DNA of 64,000 nucleotides from Thermoanaerobaculia bacterium. Its GTDB lineage: Bacteria; Acidobacteriota; Thermoanaerobaculia; UBA5066; Gp7-AA6. Below, piece by piece: positions 21,045 to 31,511 of the stretch; the stretch's first letter is position 1; every line of letters begins with the position of its first letter. Location: contig DASXAG010000110.1 in assembly GCA_036406835.1 (NCBI GenBank), positions 156-64,155 of the forward strand. The letters run 5' to 3'. A model generated the notes under the pieces. That model ran no database searches. It was not told where the DNA came from and saw only the letters and a list, made by a program, of their open reading frames with translations. Position numbers and translations under genes: made by a program.

Positions 21045-22340
21045 ATGGATTCCTACCTCGCTTTGGAGAAGATGCTGCTGATCCTGTGCGCCGACCTGGC
21101 GATCATCATCGGCGCGTCGCGGGTCTTCGGCTGGCTCTTCGGCAAGGTCGGGCAGCCGCCAGTCGTCGGCGAGATCCTCGCGGGCGTCATCCTCGGCCCG
21201 TCGCTCCTCGGCCGCCTCTATCCGGGCGCGATCCAGACGATGCTGACGCCGCAGACGACCGCGGTGCTGTCGGCGATGGCGCAGGTCGGGCTCGTGCTGC
21301 TGATGCTCCTGATCGGCCTGGAGTTTCCGTTCGACCGGCTCCGCCATGCCGCACGCGCGTCGGGCCTCGTGGCGGCGGCCGGCATCGTCGTCCCGTTCGC
21401 GTCGAGCTACGCGCTGGCGGGCTACCTCTACCGGCTGGCGCCCCCCGGCGCGCCGGAGCTTGCGTTCAAGCTCTTCTTCGCGACGGCCGTGTCGATCACC
21501 GCGATCCCGATCATGGGGCGGATCCTGATCCACACGGGCCTGACGCGGACGCGGATGGGCCTGACGTCGATCACCGCCGCGGCGATCGACGACGTCCTCG
21601 GCTGGCTCCTCCTCGGCGCGGTCGTCTCGATGGTCACGCACGGGAAGGCCGACCTCGGCGCGCTCGCCCTCTCCTTCGGCGGCGTCGTGGTCCTCGCCGT
21701 CGCGTTCTGGGCGCTCGGACGCTTCGGCCTCTCGCGCCTCAAGATCCGCCGCGGTCCGACGGGCGGCCTGACCGCGGACCTGCTCGCGGTCGTCCTGGTC
21801 GTCGTCTTCGCGGCCGCCATGGCGACGAACGCGCTCGGTGTCTTCTCGATCTTCGGCGGCTTCCTCTGCGGCATCGCCGGGTCCTTCAATCCCGGCCTGC
21901 GCGACGGGATCCGCGCGTCGATCGGGGATCTCGTCTCGGTCCTGCTCCTCCCGATCTTCTTCGTCTTCTCGGGCCTGCGCACCGACATGGGCTCGCTCGG
22001 CTCGGATCCGAGGCTGTGGTGGGCGCTCCTCTTCGTCGTGCTCGTCTCCTGCGCGTCGAAGTTCGGCGCCACGGCGCTCGTCGCGCGCGGCTGCGGGCTG
22101 CCGTGGAAGGAGTCGCTGTCGATCGGCCTCCTCATGAACACCCGCGCGCTGATGGCGCTCGTCGTCATCAACATCGGCGCGGATATGGGCGTCATCTCGC
22201 CGGCCACGTTCTTCTGGCTCATCGCGATGGCGCTCTTCACGACCGTGATCACGACGCCGATCCTCCGCCGCGCCTATCCGTCCCCCCAGGCCCTGGAGCC
22301 CTGGGGGGACGCCGTTTCCGACACGGCCCGGGCGGGATAG
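21045..22340 (+). CDS. Cation:proton antiporter (CPA2 family)
   Basis: GQPPVVGEILAGVILGP, SITAIP, AAAIDDVLGW and LMNTRAL; many TM helices. Confidence 0.9.
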   Translation: MDSYLALEKMLLILCADLAIIIGASRVFGWLFGKVGQPPVVGEILAGVILGPSLLGRLYPGAIQTMLTPQTTAVLSAMAQVGLVLLMLLIGLEFPFDRLRHAARASGLVAAAGIVVPFASSYALAGYLYRLAPPGAPELAFKLFFATAVSITAIPIMGRILIHTGLTRTRMGLTSITAAAIDDVLGWLLLGAVVSMVTHGKADLGALALSFGGVVVLAVAFWALGRFGLSRLKIRRGPTGGLTADLLAVVLVVVFAAAMATNALGVFSIFGGFLCGIAGSFNPGLRDGIRASIGDLVSVLLLPIFFVFSGLRTDMGSLGSDPRLWWALLFVVLVSCASKFGATALVARGCGLPWKESLSIGLLMNTRALMALVVINIGADMGVISPATFFWLIAMALFTTVITTPILRRAYPSPQALEPWGDAVSDTARAG

Positions 22341-22382
22341 AGTTCCTCTCAACAGTTTCATCTCGTGCGAACAGGAGGATTC

Positions 22383-24320
22383 ATGCCGCGGTTCTTCGTG
22401 CGTCTCGCCCCGGCCGTCGTCGCGCTCCTTGCGCTTTCCGGAGTCATTACCGCGCAGCCGGCCGCTCCGATCACGCTCGCGGTCGACGCGAGCGACGCGC
22501 CGCGTCGGATCTTCCACGTCCGCGAGACCGTGCAGGCGCCGCCGGGCCCGCTGACGCTCGCGTACCCGAAGTGGATTCCGGGCGAGCACGGGCCGACCGG
22601 TCCCATCACGGACCTGGTGGGCCTCAAGGTCGCCGCGGGCGGCAAGACGATCGAGTGGCGGCGCGTGCCGACCGAAATGTGGAGCTTCACGATCGAGGTC
22701 CCCGCCGGAGGCGCAGCCCTGGACGTCTCGTTCGACTACGTCGCGCCGCTGACCTCCTGGACGAGCGCGACGGCGCAGCTCGCGGTGATCAACTGGTGGC
22801 CGCTCCTGCTGTACCCGACGGGCCCGAAGGACATCGAGCAGATGTTCGTCCCGAGCCTGAAGCTCCCCGCCGGCTGGCAGTACGGCACCGCGCTGCCTCT
22901 CGCGCGCGGATCCGGCGACTCCATCGCCTTCGCGCCGGTCTCGCTCGTCACGCTGATCGACTCGCCGGTGCTCGCCGGCGCCCACTTCAAGACGGTGGAC
23001 CTCGCGCCCGGGCACTGGCTCCACATCGCCGGCGACACCGCCGCGTCGGTCGCGATTACGCCGGACGACGTCGCGCACTACAAGAAGCTGGTCGACGAGG
23101 CGTACGCCCTCTTCGGCGCGCGGCACTACGCGAACTACCACTTCCTGTTGACGCTCTCCGACCACATCTCGCCGAACGGCCTCGAGCATCACGAGTCGAG
23201 CGACAACCGAACGGGCGAGCGGGCCTTCCAGGACGAGAACGCGCGCCGCGTGCTCGGCACGCTCCTGTCGCACGAGTACACGCACTCCTGGAACGGCAAG
23301 TACCGGACCCCCGCCGGGCTCGTCTCGGGCGTCACCGACGACTACCAGAAGGTCCTCGACACGGACCTCCTCTGGGTCTACGAGGGACTGACCGAGTACT
23401 ACGGCGACGTGCTCGGCGGACGCAGCGGGCTGCGCACCCCCGAGCTCTACCGCGAGAACCTCGCGATCACGGCGGCGCAGATGGATCACCAGGCCGGGCG
23501 CTCGTGGCGCCCGCTCGTCGACACCGCCGTGGCGGCGCAGCTGCTCTACTTCGGCCGGCCGGAGTGGGCGGACTGGCGGCGCGGCGTCGACTACTACCCG
23601 GAGAGCGAGCTGATCTGGCTCGACGCCGACACGCTGATCCGGCAGAAGACGGCGGGGAAGCGGTCGCTCGACGACTTCGTCCACGCGTTCCACGGCGCGC
23701 CGGGCGGCGCGCCGGCGGTCAAGACGTACGTCTTCGACGACGTCGTGGCCGCGTTGAACGCGGTCGTGCCGAACGACTGGGCCTCCTTCCTGCGCGACCG
23801 CATCTGGAAGGTCCAGCCCCACGCCCCGCTCGCGGGCATCGAGCTTGGCGGGTGGAAGCTCGTCTACAACGACGTCGAGCCGGAGCTGACGAAGGCCAAC
23901 GAGGAGACCGCGCACCTCTACGACTTCTGGTACTCGCTCGGGATCATGGTGCAGGGCGACGGGACCTCGGGTGACGCCGAGGACGGCATCGTCCGCGACG
24001 TCATCCCCGGCCTGCCCGCCGCCGGCGCCGGGGTGGGGCCCGGGATGCGGCTCGTCGCGGTCAACGGGCACCGCTACACCGAGAAGGGCCTGCGCGACGC
24101 GCTTCGGGCCGGCAAGGACTCGAAGGAGCCTCTCGAGCTCCTGCTCGAGAACCTCGACACGTTCAAGACCTACAAGGTCGACTACCACGGCGGGGAGAAG
24201 TTCCCGCACCTCGAGCGCGACGCGTCCAGGCCGGACCTCGTCACCGCGATCGGGACGGCGAAGACGGGCGCGGCTCCGGCTGCGGCTCCCGCGAAGAAGG
24301 CGGCGCCGGCTCCCAAGTAG
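22383..24320 (+). CDS. M61 glycyl aminopeptidase with PDZ domain
   Basis: [22 protein letters not shown] (HExxH), LWVYEG and a C-terminal PDZ domain. Confidence 0.9.
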   Translation: MPRFFVRLAPAVVALLALSGVITAQPAAPITLAVDASDAPRRIFHVRETVQAPPGPLTLAYPKWIPGEHGPTGPITDLVGLKVAAGGKTIEWRRVPTEMWSFTIEVPAGGAALDVSFDYVAPLTSWTSATAQLAVINWWPLLLYPTGPKDIEQMFVPSLKLPAGWQYGTALPLARGSGDSIAFAPVSLVTLIDSPVLAGAHFKTVDLAPGHWLHIAGDTAASVAITPDDVAHYKKLVDEAYALFGARHYANYHFLLTLSDHISPNGLEHHESSDNRTGERAFQDENARRVLGTLLSHEYTHSWNGKYRTPAGLVSGVTDDYQKVLDTDLLWVYEGLTEYYGDVLGGRSGLRTPELYRENLAITAAQMDHQAGRSWRPLVDTAVAAQLLYFGRPEWADWRRGVDYYPESELIWLDADTLIRQKTAGKRSLDDFVHAFHGAPGGAPAVKTYVFDDVVAALNAVVPNDWASFLRDRIWKVQPHAPLAGIELGGWKLVYNDVEPELTKANEETAHLYDFWYSLGIMVQGDGTSGDAEDGIVRDVIPGLPAAGAGVGPGMRLVAVNGHRYTEKGLRDALRAGKDSKEPLELLLENLDTFKTYKVDYHGGEKFPHLERDASRPDLVTAIGTAKTGAAPAAAPAKKAAPAPK

Positions 24321-24438
24321 AGGGAGGGCGATCCTCGGTGTGCGTTTCCGCGCCGCGGCGCCGCCGCGTGCCGAGCGCCGGCGGTCGGCCCGGCCGTCCA
24401 GCGACGGGTATAGAGTCTTCGGAACGGCTCGCGATCCC

Positions 24439-25998
24439 ATGAAAGAGGCCGAACCCGAAGCACCGCGCGCGGAAGATCTCCTCCCGGAGAAGGAGGCGAG
24501 CCTCAGGATCCTGGTCGACCAGATGCCGGCGGTCCTCTGGACGACCGACACGGAGCTGCGCTTCCACGAGTCGGTGGGAAGGGGCCTCGCCGGGCTCGAC
24601 CAGACGCCCGGCGACCAGCGCGGCGTCAGCCTCTTCGCCTACTTCAAGACGACCGACCCGAACTTCGAGCCGATCGCGGCGCACCGCCGCGCGCTGAACG
24701 GCGAGTCCGTCACCTACCCCGTGACCTGGAAGGGGCGGACGTTCGACGCGCACGTCGAGCCGCTGCGCGGCCCGGACGACGACATCCGCGGCGTCATCGG
24801 CGTCGCCTTCGACGTCACCGAGCGCAAGCGGGTCCAGGACGAGCTCGAGCGCTCCGTCGCCCTGCTCGGCGCCACGATCGACGCGACCGCGGACGGGATC
24901 CTCGTGGTCGACGCGAACGGCAAGATGGTCCACTTCAACCGCCGCTTCGTGGACATGTGGGCCATCCCGGATCGCGTCGCCGAGAGCCGGCAGGAGAACG
25001 AGGCCCTGGCCCACGTCCTCTCGAGGCTCAAGGATCCGGCCGCCTTCGTCAAGAAGGTGATGACCGTCTACGCGCAGCCGTCCGCGGCGAGCCACGACGT
25101 GCTGGAGCTCACGGACGGCCGGCTCATCGAGCGCGACTCTCTGCCCCAGGTCGTGGACGGTGTGACCGTCGGACGCGTCTGGAGCTTCCGCGACGTCACG
25201 GAGCGCGTGCAGAGCGAGGAGGCGGTCGAGGAGACGCTCTCGCTGCTCAAGGCGACGCTCGAGGCCACGGCGGACGGGATCCTCGTCGTGGATCGGGAGG
25301 GCAAGATCGTCAGCTTCAACCGGAAGTTCGTCGAGCTGTGGCGGATCCCGGACACGATCATCGCGTCGCGCGACGACAACCAGGCGCTGGCGTTCGTGCT
25401 GGACCAGCTCCGAGACCCCGAGCGCTTCCTCAAGAAGGTCAAGGAGCTCTACGACCACCCCGACGACCAGAGCTACGACTGGCTGGAGTTCAAGGACGGG
25501 CGGGTCTTCGAGCGCTACTCGCACCCGCAGAAGATCGGAGGCCGCACCGTCGGGCGCGTGTGGAGCTTCCACGACGTGACGCGGCAGCGCCTCATGGAGG
25601 ACACGCTGCGCCGCCACACGCGCGCGTTCGAGCACATCAGCGACGCGCTCGTCCTGATGGACCTCGAGGGCAAGATCGTGGACTGGAACCCGGGCGCCGA
25701 GCGCATGTTCGGCTACTCGAAGGCGGAGATGATCGGGCAAAGGCCGTCCGCCCTGGCGCCGTCCGACGCGGGCGTGGACTACGCGCGGGCGATGCTCGAC
25801 GGCGTGAAGGAGAAGGGCCGCTGGACGGGCGAGGTCCCGTTCGTCCGAAAGGACGGCAGCGAGGGAATCGCCGACACCGTCGTCGTGCCGCTCTCGGACG
25901 ATTTCGGCCGGCGCATCGCCGCGCTCGGCGTCTGCCACGACGTCACCGACCGCAAGCACCTCGAGGAGCTCAAGAAGACCCGCGAGTCGAATCCGTAG
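24439..25998 (+). CDS. Multi-PAS (four PAS/PAC) protein without output domain
   Basis: Four PAS units ending DVTERK / DVTER / DVTRQ / DVTDRK; the protein stops shortly after the last PAC. Confidence 0.8.
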   Translation: MKEAEPEAPRAEDLLPEKEASLRILVDQMPAVLWTTDTELRFHESVGRGLAGLDQTPGDQRGVSLFAYFKTTDPNFEPIAAHRRALNGESVTYPVTWKGRTFDAHVEPLRGPDDDIRGVIGVAFDVTERKRVQDELERSVALLGATIDATADGILVVDANGKMVHFNRRFVDMWAIPDRVAESRQENEALAHVLSRLKDPAAFVKKVMTVYAQPSAASHDVLELTDGRLIERDSLPQVVDGVTVGRVWSFRDVTERVQSEEAVEETLSLLKATLEATADGILVVDREGKIVSFNRKFVELWRIPDTIIASRDDNQALAFVLDQLRDPERFLKKVKELYDHPDDQSYDWLEFKDGRVFERYSHPQKIGGRTVGRVWSFHDVTRQRLMEDTLRRHTRAFEHISDALVLMDLEGKIVDWNPGAERMFGYSKAEMIGQRPSALAPSDAGVDYARAMLDGVKEKGRWTGEVPFVRKDGSEGIADTVVVPLSDDFGRRIAALGVCHDVTDRKHLEELKKTRESNP

Positions 25999-27225
25999 AT
26001 GGCGTCGGCGACTCGCGACTCCTCGCGGACTCCGACGCCGCGCGACCGCTTCCACGCGGTCATGGCGGGCTACCTCGGCTGGACCATGGACGCGTTCGAC
26101 TTCTTCGTCGTCGTGTTCCTGGTCGACACGCTGGCGCAGCGCTTCGGGGTGTCCAAGAAGGAGATCGTCTGGACGCTGACCGCGACCCTCGCGCTGCGGC
26201 CCGTCGGCGCCGTGATCTTCGGCCTGCTCGCGGACCGCTACGGGCGGCGGATCCCGCTGATGGCGAACCTGATCTTCTTCTCGACGGTCGAGGTCCTCTG
26301 CGGGTTCGCGCCGAGCTACGGAGCCTTCCTCGTCCTGCGGGCGCTCTTCGGCATCGGGATGGGAGGGGAGTGGGGAGTCGGCGCGTCGCTCGCCATGGAG
26401 AGCGCGCCGCCGCGGTGGCGGGGCGTGCTGTCGGGGATCCTGCAGAGCGGCTACTCGATGGGGTACCTGCTCGCGGCGCTCGCGGCGCGCCTCGTCCTGC
26501 CGGCGTGGGGCTGGCGCGCGATGTTCTGGATCGGCGGCGTGCCGGCGCTTCTCGCGTTCTACGTGCGCTGGCACGTCCCGGAGTCGGAGGCGTGGCGCCA
26601 GAGGCGCGCGCCGAACGTGCCGGCGATCGCGGGCGTCGTGCGCCGGTTCGCCCCGCGGCTCGCCTACCTCGTGGCGCTCATGACGATGATGATGTTCCTC
26701 TCGCACGGCACGCAGGACCTCTATCCCGACTTCCTCAAGATCGCCCATGGGATCGCGCCGCACACCGTGGCGGACGTCGCGGTCCTCTACAACGTGGGCG
26801 CCATCCTGGGCGCGGTCGTCTTCGGCCAGCTCTCGCAGCGGATCGGCCGCCGGCGCGCGATGGCCGGCGCGCTCGCGGTGTGCCTGCTCGTGATGCCGCT
26901 CTGGGCGTTCGGCGGCTCGCTGCTCGTACTCGCGACCGGCGCCTTCTTCATGCAGATGGGGGTGCAGGGCGCCTGGGGCATCATCCCCGCTCACCTGAAC
27001 GAGCTCTCGCCGGACGAGACCCGCGGGCTCGTCCCGGGACTCGCGTACCAGCTCGGGATCCTCTTCGCCTCGCCCGTCAACACGATCGAGTACACGCTGC
27101 GCGACCGCATCGGCTACGGCTGGGCGCTCGCGGCATTCGAGGGGGCGGTGATCGCGGCGCTCCTGACGCTGCTCTGGCGCGGGCCCGAGCAGCACGGGAA
27201 GGCGTTTCTGGAGGAGGCGGCCTAG
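25999..27225 (+). CDS. MFS transporter, sialate/carboxylate:H+ symporter (NanT/Jen1-like)
   Basis: GWTMDAFDFF, LADRYGRR, GMGGEWG and SHGTQDLYP. Confidence 0.88.
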   Translation: MASATRDSSRTPTPRDRFHAVMAGYLGWTMDAFDFFVVVFLVDTLAQRFGVSKKEIVWTLTATLALRPVGAVIFGLLADRYGRRIPLMANLIFFSTVEVLCGFAPSYGAFLVLRALFGIGMGGEWGVGASLAMESAPPRWRGVLSGILQSGYSMGYLLAALAARLVLPAWGWRAMFWIGGVPALLAFYVRWHVPESEAWRQRRAPNVPAIAGVVRRFAPRLAYLVALMTMMMFLSHGTQDLYPDFLKIAHGIAPHTVADVAVLYNVGAILGAVVFGQLSQRIGRRRAMAGALAVCLLVMPLWAFGGSLLVLATGAFFMQMGVQGAWGIIPAHLNELSPDETRGLVPGLAYQLGILFASPVNTIEYTLRDRIGYGWALAAFEGAVIAALLTLLWRGPEQHGKAFLEEAA

Positions 27226-27243
27226 CCGCGAAACGAGCGGGAG

Positions 27244-27462
27244 CTACAGGATCTTGCCGGCGCGGAGCTCGCCGAGGATCACCCAGCCCATCAGGATGAA
27301 GGCGATCCCGAGGAGCGCCGGCCCCAGGAACATGAAGGCCGTGAAGACGTAGGGCGTCTCCTTGAACAGGAGGGCCAGGCCGAGCAGGACCGCGATCGCC
27401 GTGGCGACGATCGCCAGGCGAACGAGCGTGATCGCCCGCTCCGGGGACGGCGCCGCGCTCAC
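27244..27462 (-). CDS. Small two-TM membrane protein
   Basis: 72 aa with two hydrophobic helices; GTGA overlap with the NapC-like gene. Confidence 0.65.
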   Translation of the reverse strand: MSAAPSPERAITLVRLAIVATAIAVLLGLALLFKETPYVFTAFMFLGPALLGIAFILMGWVILGELRAGKIL

Positions 27463-28163
27463 TTCATCGCCTCCTTCGTCTCGGCCGGCGTGTGGGCGGG
27501 GCCGTGGCAGTCGAGGCAGGAGTCCGTTCCCGCGGCCAGCTTCGGGAGCTCCTCGGCGTCGTGTTTGGCGAGGAACTTCTGCGAGCCGCTGTGGCAATTC
27601 AGGCAGCGGAGGTTCGAGTACGGCTTCGCGATCTTGATGGGTTTCTCGTAGTGGCCCGTCGTGTTGTGCCAGACGTGGCCGAGTCCCTCCATCTTGGCGC
27701 TGACGGTGCCGAACATGCCGTAGTCGCTGTGGCACGTGTAGCAGTGATTCTCCTGGATGTAGCGGTTCTTGTAGTGGACCGCCGCGAGCGACTCGCTCTT
27801 CGGGTTGCGCAGATCCTGCACGTGCCCGTCCATGACGTGGCAGTGCCCGCAGGCGTCGACCGTCATGGACTCCTGCATCCCCTGCGCCGTCGCGAGGAAC
27901 ACGACGATCACGGGAAGGACGAGGATCGACCCGAAGAGGAAGGCCTTGGAGATCGTCGTGATGCCGCGGCGGCGGAGGCTGATCCAGACCGCCGCGAGCA
28001 ACACGAGGTTCAGAACCGCGAAGGAGATTCCGACTCCGCGGAGCCACTGGTTCGTGGTTCCGACCCAGCCGTGCGGCGGTGGAACCTCCATTCCCTCCTT
28101 GACCGCCTGCGAGGGCGAGGTCGCGGAGACCGGAGCGGCTTCCTGGGCGTCGGGGGAGTACAT
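27459..28163 (-). CDS. NapC/NirT-family tetraheme cytochrome c
   Basis: N-terminal TM segments and four heme motifs: CGHCH, CYTCH, CLNCH, CLDCH. Confidence 0.85.
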   Translation of the reverse strand: MYSPDAQEAAPVSATSPSQAVKEGMEVPPPHGWVGTTNQWLRGVGISFAVLNLVLLAAVWISLRRRGITTISKAFLFGSILVLPVIVVFLATAQGMQESMTVDACGHCHVMDGHVQDLRNPKSESLAAVHYKNRYIQENHCYTCHSDYGMFGTVSAKMEGLGHVWHNTTGHYEKPIKIAKPYSNLRCLNCHSGSQKFLAKHDAEELPKLAAGTDSCLDCHGPAHTPAETKEAMK

Positions 28164-28454
28164 CTACTTGGCGGGGGTGTAGTCCTTCAGCCAGGCGCCG
28201 TCGACCTTGCTCGCGTTGCGCTTGGTCTTCTCCGCCACGAGCCACTTGCCGGCGTCGTTGAGCTCGTGCTTGCCCTCGTCCTTCTTGGGGAGCTTGTCGA
28301 CGTGGCAGGTGCTGCAGTCCTTCACCGCGACACCGGCGGCCTTGGCCTGCTTCTGGATTTCGAGATCGGCCGTCGAGGTGCCGCTGAAGGCGATCCAGCC
28401 GCACCACGCGAGGAGAACGGCGATCATTCCGAGGCGAGATCCGCGATTTTGCAT
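28164..28454 (-). CDS. Small periplasmic monoheme cytochrome c
   Basis: Signal peptide and a single CSTCH motif. Confidence 0.75.
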   Translation of the reverse strand: MQNRGSRLGMIAVLLAWCGWIAFSGTSTADLEIQKQAKAAGVAVKDCSTCHVDKLPKKDEGKHELNDAGKWLVAEKTKRNASKVDGAWLKDYTPAK

Positions 28455-28494
28455 GGGAGTCCCCCTTTTGGGGCCGAATCCTACAGGGGCCGGC

Positions 28495-30468
28495 CTACGG
28501 ACGCCAGTGGACGAAGATCCCATAGCGGTTGCCGTTGAAATCTGAGAGAGCGCCCGCCTGGTCGAACGCCGGCCGCTCGATGTACTTGTCCTGCAGCCAC
28601 TCGGCCTCGAGACCCAAATTCGGCGTGAAGAAGTACTCCGCCCGCATGCGAATCCGGTTGATCGAGAACGGAAGGGAGCCGTGGTTGCCCATCCACAGGT
28701 AGGCGCCGTCGAAGTTGAGGTTCTGCCACGCGACGGTCACGCCGCCCTCCCAGGTGTGGCCGACCTCGTCCTGGGCGGTCGGGACGACCGTGAAGTCCTG
28801 CGGCTGGAGGATCAGGACCGACCGGTCGACGCTGAACAGGCCGCCGGAGCCGTGGATCGTGACGGCGTGCTTGAACAGGTCCACGGAGACGTCGCCCGCC
28901 ACGTCCCGCACGACCGCGCGGTAGTCGATCGCCGGCTCGTCGTCCTTTGCCCGGCTCTCCTGGTACGTGCCGCCGATGCGGACCATCTCGTTCCACTCCC
29001 AGCCGACGCGGAACTTGTACCGGTCGCGGTCGAGGAAGTCGGACCGGAAGATCAGCTCGTCCGCGTGGTCGTGGCGGTAGTCTCCCGCGAGGGTCAGACC
29101 GAGGCAGCACGAGCGGAAGGTGAAGCCGCCGCCATAGGTGTCGACGGTCCGTTCGTACTCCCCGGGCGTCGAGCCGTCGATGAGGCTCGAAAACTCGCCG
29201 CCGAAGTCGACGTCCTGGTGGGTCTGCGACCAGCCCACGTTGACGGCGAAGGGCCCGAGCTGCCGGTCCTGGACGGTCACGTCGAAGGTGCGGTCGTCGC
29301 GGTGGAGCGAGGTGTTGCTCCGAACCGTGTTCAGCAGGTCGCCGGTGCTGATCCCGCCGAAGGTCTGGGAATCGATGTAGAGACTGTTGGCGAGCGCGCT
29401 GCCGGTGAGCTCGCGGCTCCTCTCCGTCCATCCTCCCGTCACGCCGATGCCCATGCCGAACTCGTAGTCCGCGCGCGCGGACCCTCGCCAGTAATTGACC
29501 TTGGCCGACGAGTTGATCGCGTCGTCGAGCCCCGTGAAGAAGCGCGAGATCGCGAAGGAGACGAAGTTCCCGGCGTCGGTCTCGGCCGAGTCCGAGGACG
29601 CGTTCGCGTCGGAGCGGATGTAGCTGCCGGACAGCGTGAGCTTGTCGAGGGGATGCCCGGTGATCCAGACGTTCGTCACGGGCGTGTTCGTCTTGGAGTT
29701 GGTGGTGCGGTCGATGCCGTCCGCCGTCACCGTCTGCCCGAGGATCGGGAAGGAGACGTTGCCGCCGTTCGCGCCCGGGAAGAGCGACACGACGTCCCGC
29801 AGGCGGTACTGCCGGTACCCCTCGGTCACGGCGCCCTGGACGATCGAGGTGTTGAAGGCCAGGCCGACGCGGTACTCGTCGTCGATCGCGCGCATCCCCT
29901 CGTTCAGGAGGAAGTCGTTCTCGCCGACGTGGAAGGTCGTCGTGCCGGGCCCGCGGTAGATGTTGCGGGTGAACCCGAGGATCGGGGTGAGGGTCTTCCC
30001 CGGGAAGATCTGGAGCGTGGCGTCGTAGATGTCGCGCGTGCGGTCGTAGGTGTGCTGGCCCGGGATGACGCCGTCGTCGAGGAGCGGGTTCGCGAACGCC
30101 GGAAGCGCGCTGAAGAGGTCGGTCCGCCGCCAGCTGAAGTCGAGGCGGAAGCGGTCGACCTGCCCGGCGGCGAGCTTGAGCATCCCCGCCGGCCCGGCGC
30201 CGACGTCGTTGGCGTCGATGCGGAAATAATCGAGCACGCCGTCGAGCGGCTTCGTCGAGGCCCACGTCAGCGACCGCAGCAGGACTCCGGGCTTGTCGTT
30301 GATCTGCGTCCGGTACATGTCGTCGTTGCCCGACACCTTGACGAAGCGGTAGCCGAGCTCGAACTCGACCGGGAACGACTGGGAGACCGTGGTCGGCTGC
30401 TGAGCGAAGAGCGCGGGCGCGACCCCGAGGACGAGCGCGGCGGCGATCCCGGCGATTCGCGTCCGCAT
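28495..30468 (-). CDS. MtrB/PioB-like outer-membrane beta-barrel
   Basis: Signal peptide MRTRIAG...LFAQ, alternating aromatic beta-strands, and position immediately after the decaheme gene. Confidence 0.8.
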   Translation of the reverse strand: MRTRIAGIAAALVLGVAPALFAQQPTTVSQSFPVEFELGYRFVKVSGNDDMYRTQINDKPGVLLRSLTWASTKPLDGVLDYFRIDANDVGAGPAGMLKLAAGQVDRFRLDFSWRRTDLFSALPAFANPLLDDGVIPGQHTYDRTRDIYDATLQIFPGKTLTPILGFTRNIYRGPGTTTFHVGENDFLLNEGMRAIDDEYRVGLAFNTSIVQGAVTEGYRQYRLRDVVSLFPGANGGNVSFPILGQTVTADGIDRTTNSKTNTPVTNVWITGHPLDKLTLSGSYIRSDANASSDSAETDAGNFVSFAISRFFTGLDDAINSSAKVNYWRGSARADYEFGMGIGVTGGWTERSRELTGSALANSLYIDSQTFGGISTGDLLNTVRSNTSLHRDDRTFDVTVQDRQLGPFAVNVGWSQTHQDVDFGGEFSSLIDGSTPGEYERTVDTYGGGFTFRSCCLGLTLAGDYRHDHADELIFRSDFLDRDRYKFRVGWEWNEMVRIGGTYQESRAKDDEPAIDYRAVVRDVAGDVSVDLFKHAVTIHGSGGLFSVDRSVLILQPQDFTVVPTAQDEVGHTWEGGVTVAWQNLNFDGAYLWMGNHGSLPFSINRIRMRAEYFFTPNLGLEAEWLQDKYIERPAFDQAGALSDFNGNRYGIFVHWRP

Positions 30469-30470
30469 GG

Positions 30471-31439
30471 CTACTTGAGGAACGCCTCGGAGAGGTTCGA
30501 GCCGTGGATCGCGACGTGGCACGTCGTGCAGTTGCGGTAGCGGGGGAGCGAGAGATCGTGGAACGACGGCGGCTGGCCTCCCGCCGTCCGCGGCCCGCCG
30601 CTCTTCGAGTGGCAGGAGAGGCAGAGCTGGTCGACGCGCGCCCAGATCAGCTGCTTCGGATTGCTCGAGCCGTGCGCCTCGTGGCAGGTCAGGCAGTTGC
30701 CGGCGGAGCCCGTGACGTGATCGAAGACGAAGGGCCCGCGCTTCTCGGCGTGACAGCTCATGCAGGCGAGCTCGCCGTCGGAGGTCAGCTTGACCGGCTG
30801 TCCCTTCCGGTCGTGGGGATCGTGGCAGTCGACGCAGGTCATGCCGCCCTTGTCGAGCCGATGCGCGTACGGCTTGTTGCGGAACGACGCCGCGATGCCC
30901 GTGTGGCAGGTCTGGCACAGCGCGCCGGTGTCCTTCGCCAGCAGGTGCTCGGCGCGCGGCCCGGTACCCGTTGCATGGATCGAGTGGCATGAGAGGCAGT
31001 TCACGGCGGCGGAGTTCGCGTGGAACCCGAACGCGAACGAGCCGTGGGGGTTCGACTTCGAGTGGCAGGAGAGGCAGTTCTCCGCGCCCTCGAGCCCGTG
31101 GAAGGTCATGATCTTGGTGGGATCGCCGCTGCTCTCGATGTGTGCGGTGCCGTCGCCGTGGCAGGTCGAGCAGGCCTCCTCCGGATCCGGCGCCGCCGGA
31201 CCGTGCGAGCGCGCGTGGGGGTTCGAGGCGAAGGCCTTGACCTGCGCCTCGTGGCAGTCGGCGCACTTGGGCAGTTCGGAGGCGGCGGCGGCCGCAGCGG
31301 CCGCCGTGGGGTGAGCGGCCGGCGAAGCCGGTGCGGCGGCCGGCTTCGGGGTCGGCGTGGGCGCGGCGGTCTGGCCGAGAAAGACCGCCGCTACGCCGGC
31401 CATCAGCGCCACCGCGGCGAGCGTCGCGCGGCTCCTCAC
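30471..31439 (-). CDS. DmsE/MtrA-family decaheme cytochrome c
   Basis: Ten CxxCH motifs (CADCH, CSTCH, CLSCH x3, CQTCH, CVDCH, CMSCH, CLTCH, CTTCH), KRGPFVFDH and HGSN. Confidence 0.9.
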   Translation of the reverse strand: MRSRATLAAVALMAGVAAVFLGQTAAPTPTPKPAAAPASPAAHPTAAAAAAAASELPKCADCHEAQVKAFASNPHARSHGPAAPDPEEACSTCHGDGTAHIESSGDPTKIMTFHGLEGAENCLSCHSKSNPHGSFAFGFHANSAAVNCLSCHSIHATGTGPRAEHLLAKDTGALCQTCHTGIAASFRNKPYAHRLDKGGMTCVDCHDPHDRKGQPVKLTSDGELACMSCHAEKRGPFVFDHVTGSAGNCLTCHEAHGSSNPKQLIWARVDQLCLSCHSKSGGPRTAGGQPPSFHDLSLPRYRNCTTCHVAIHGSNLSEAFLK

Positions 31440-31511
31440 ACCACCCTCACTCCCTCAACACGCGAGGCGCGGTCAACGCGACCGCCCTGTTACCCTAACG
31501 CGCCAATAACG

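Noticed and set aside
22283-22308. CCCCCCAGG...CCTGGGGGG hairpin
   Set aside because: It lies inside the antiporter coding tail, has no U-tract and no second copy.
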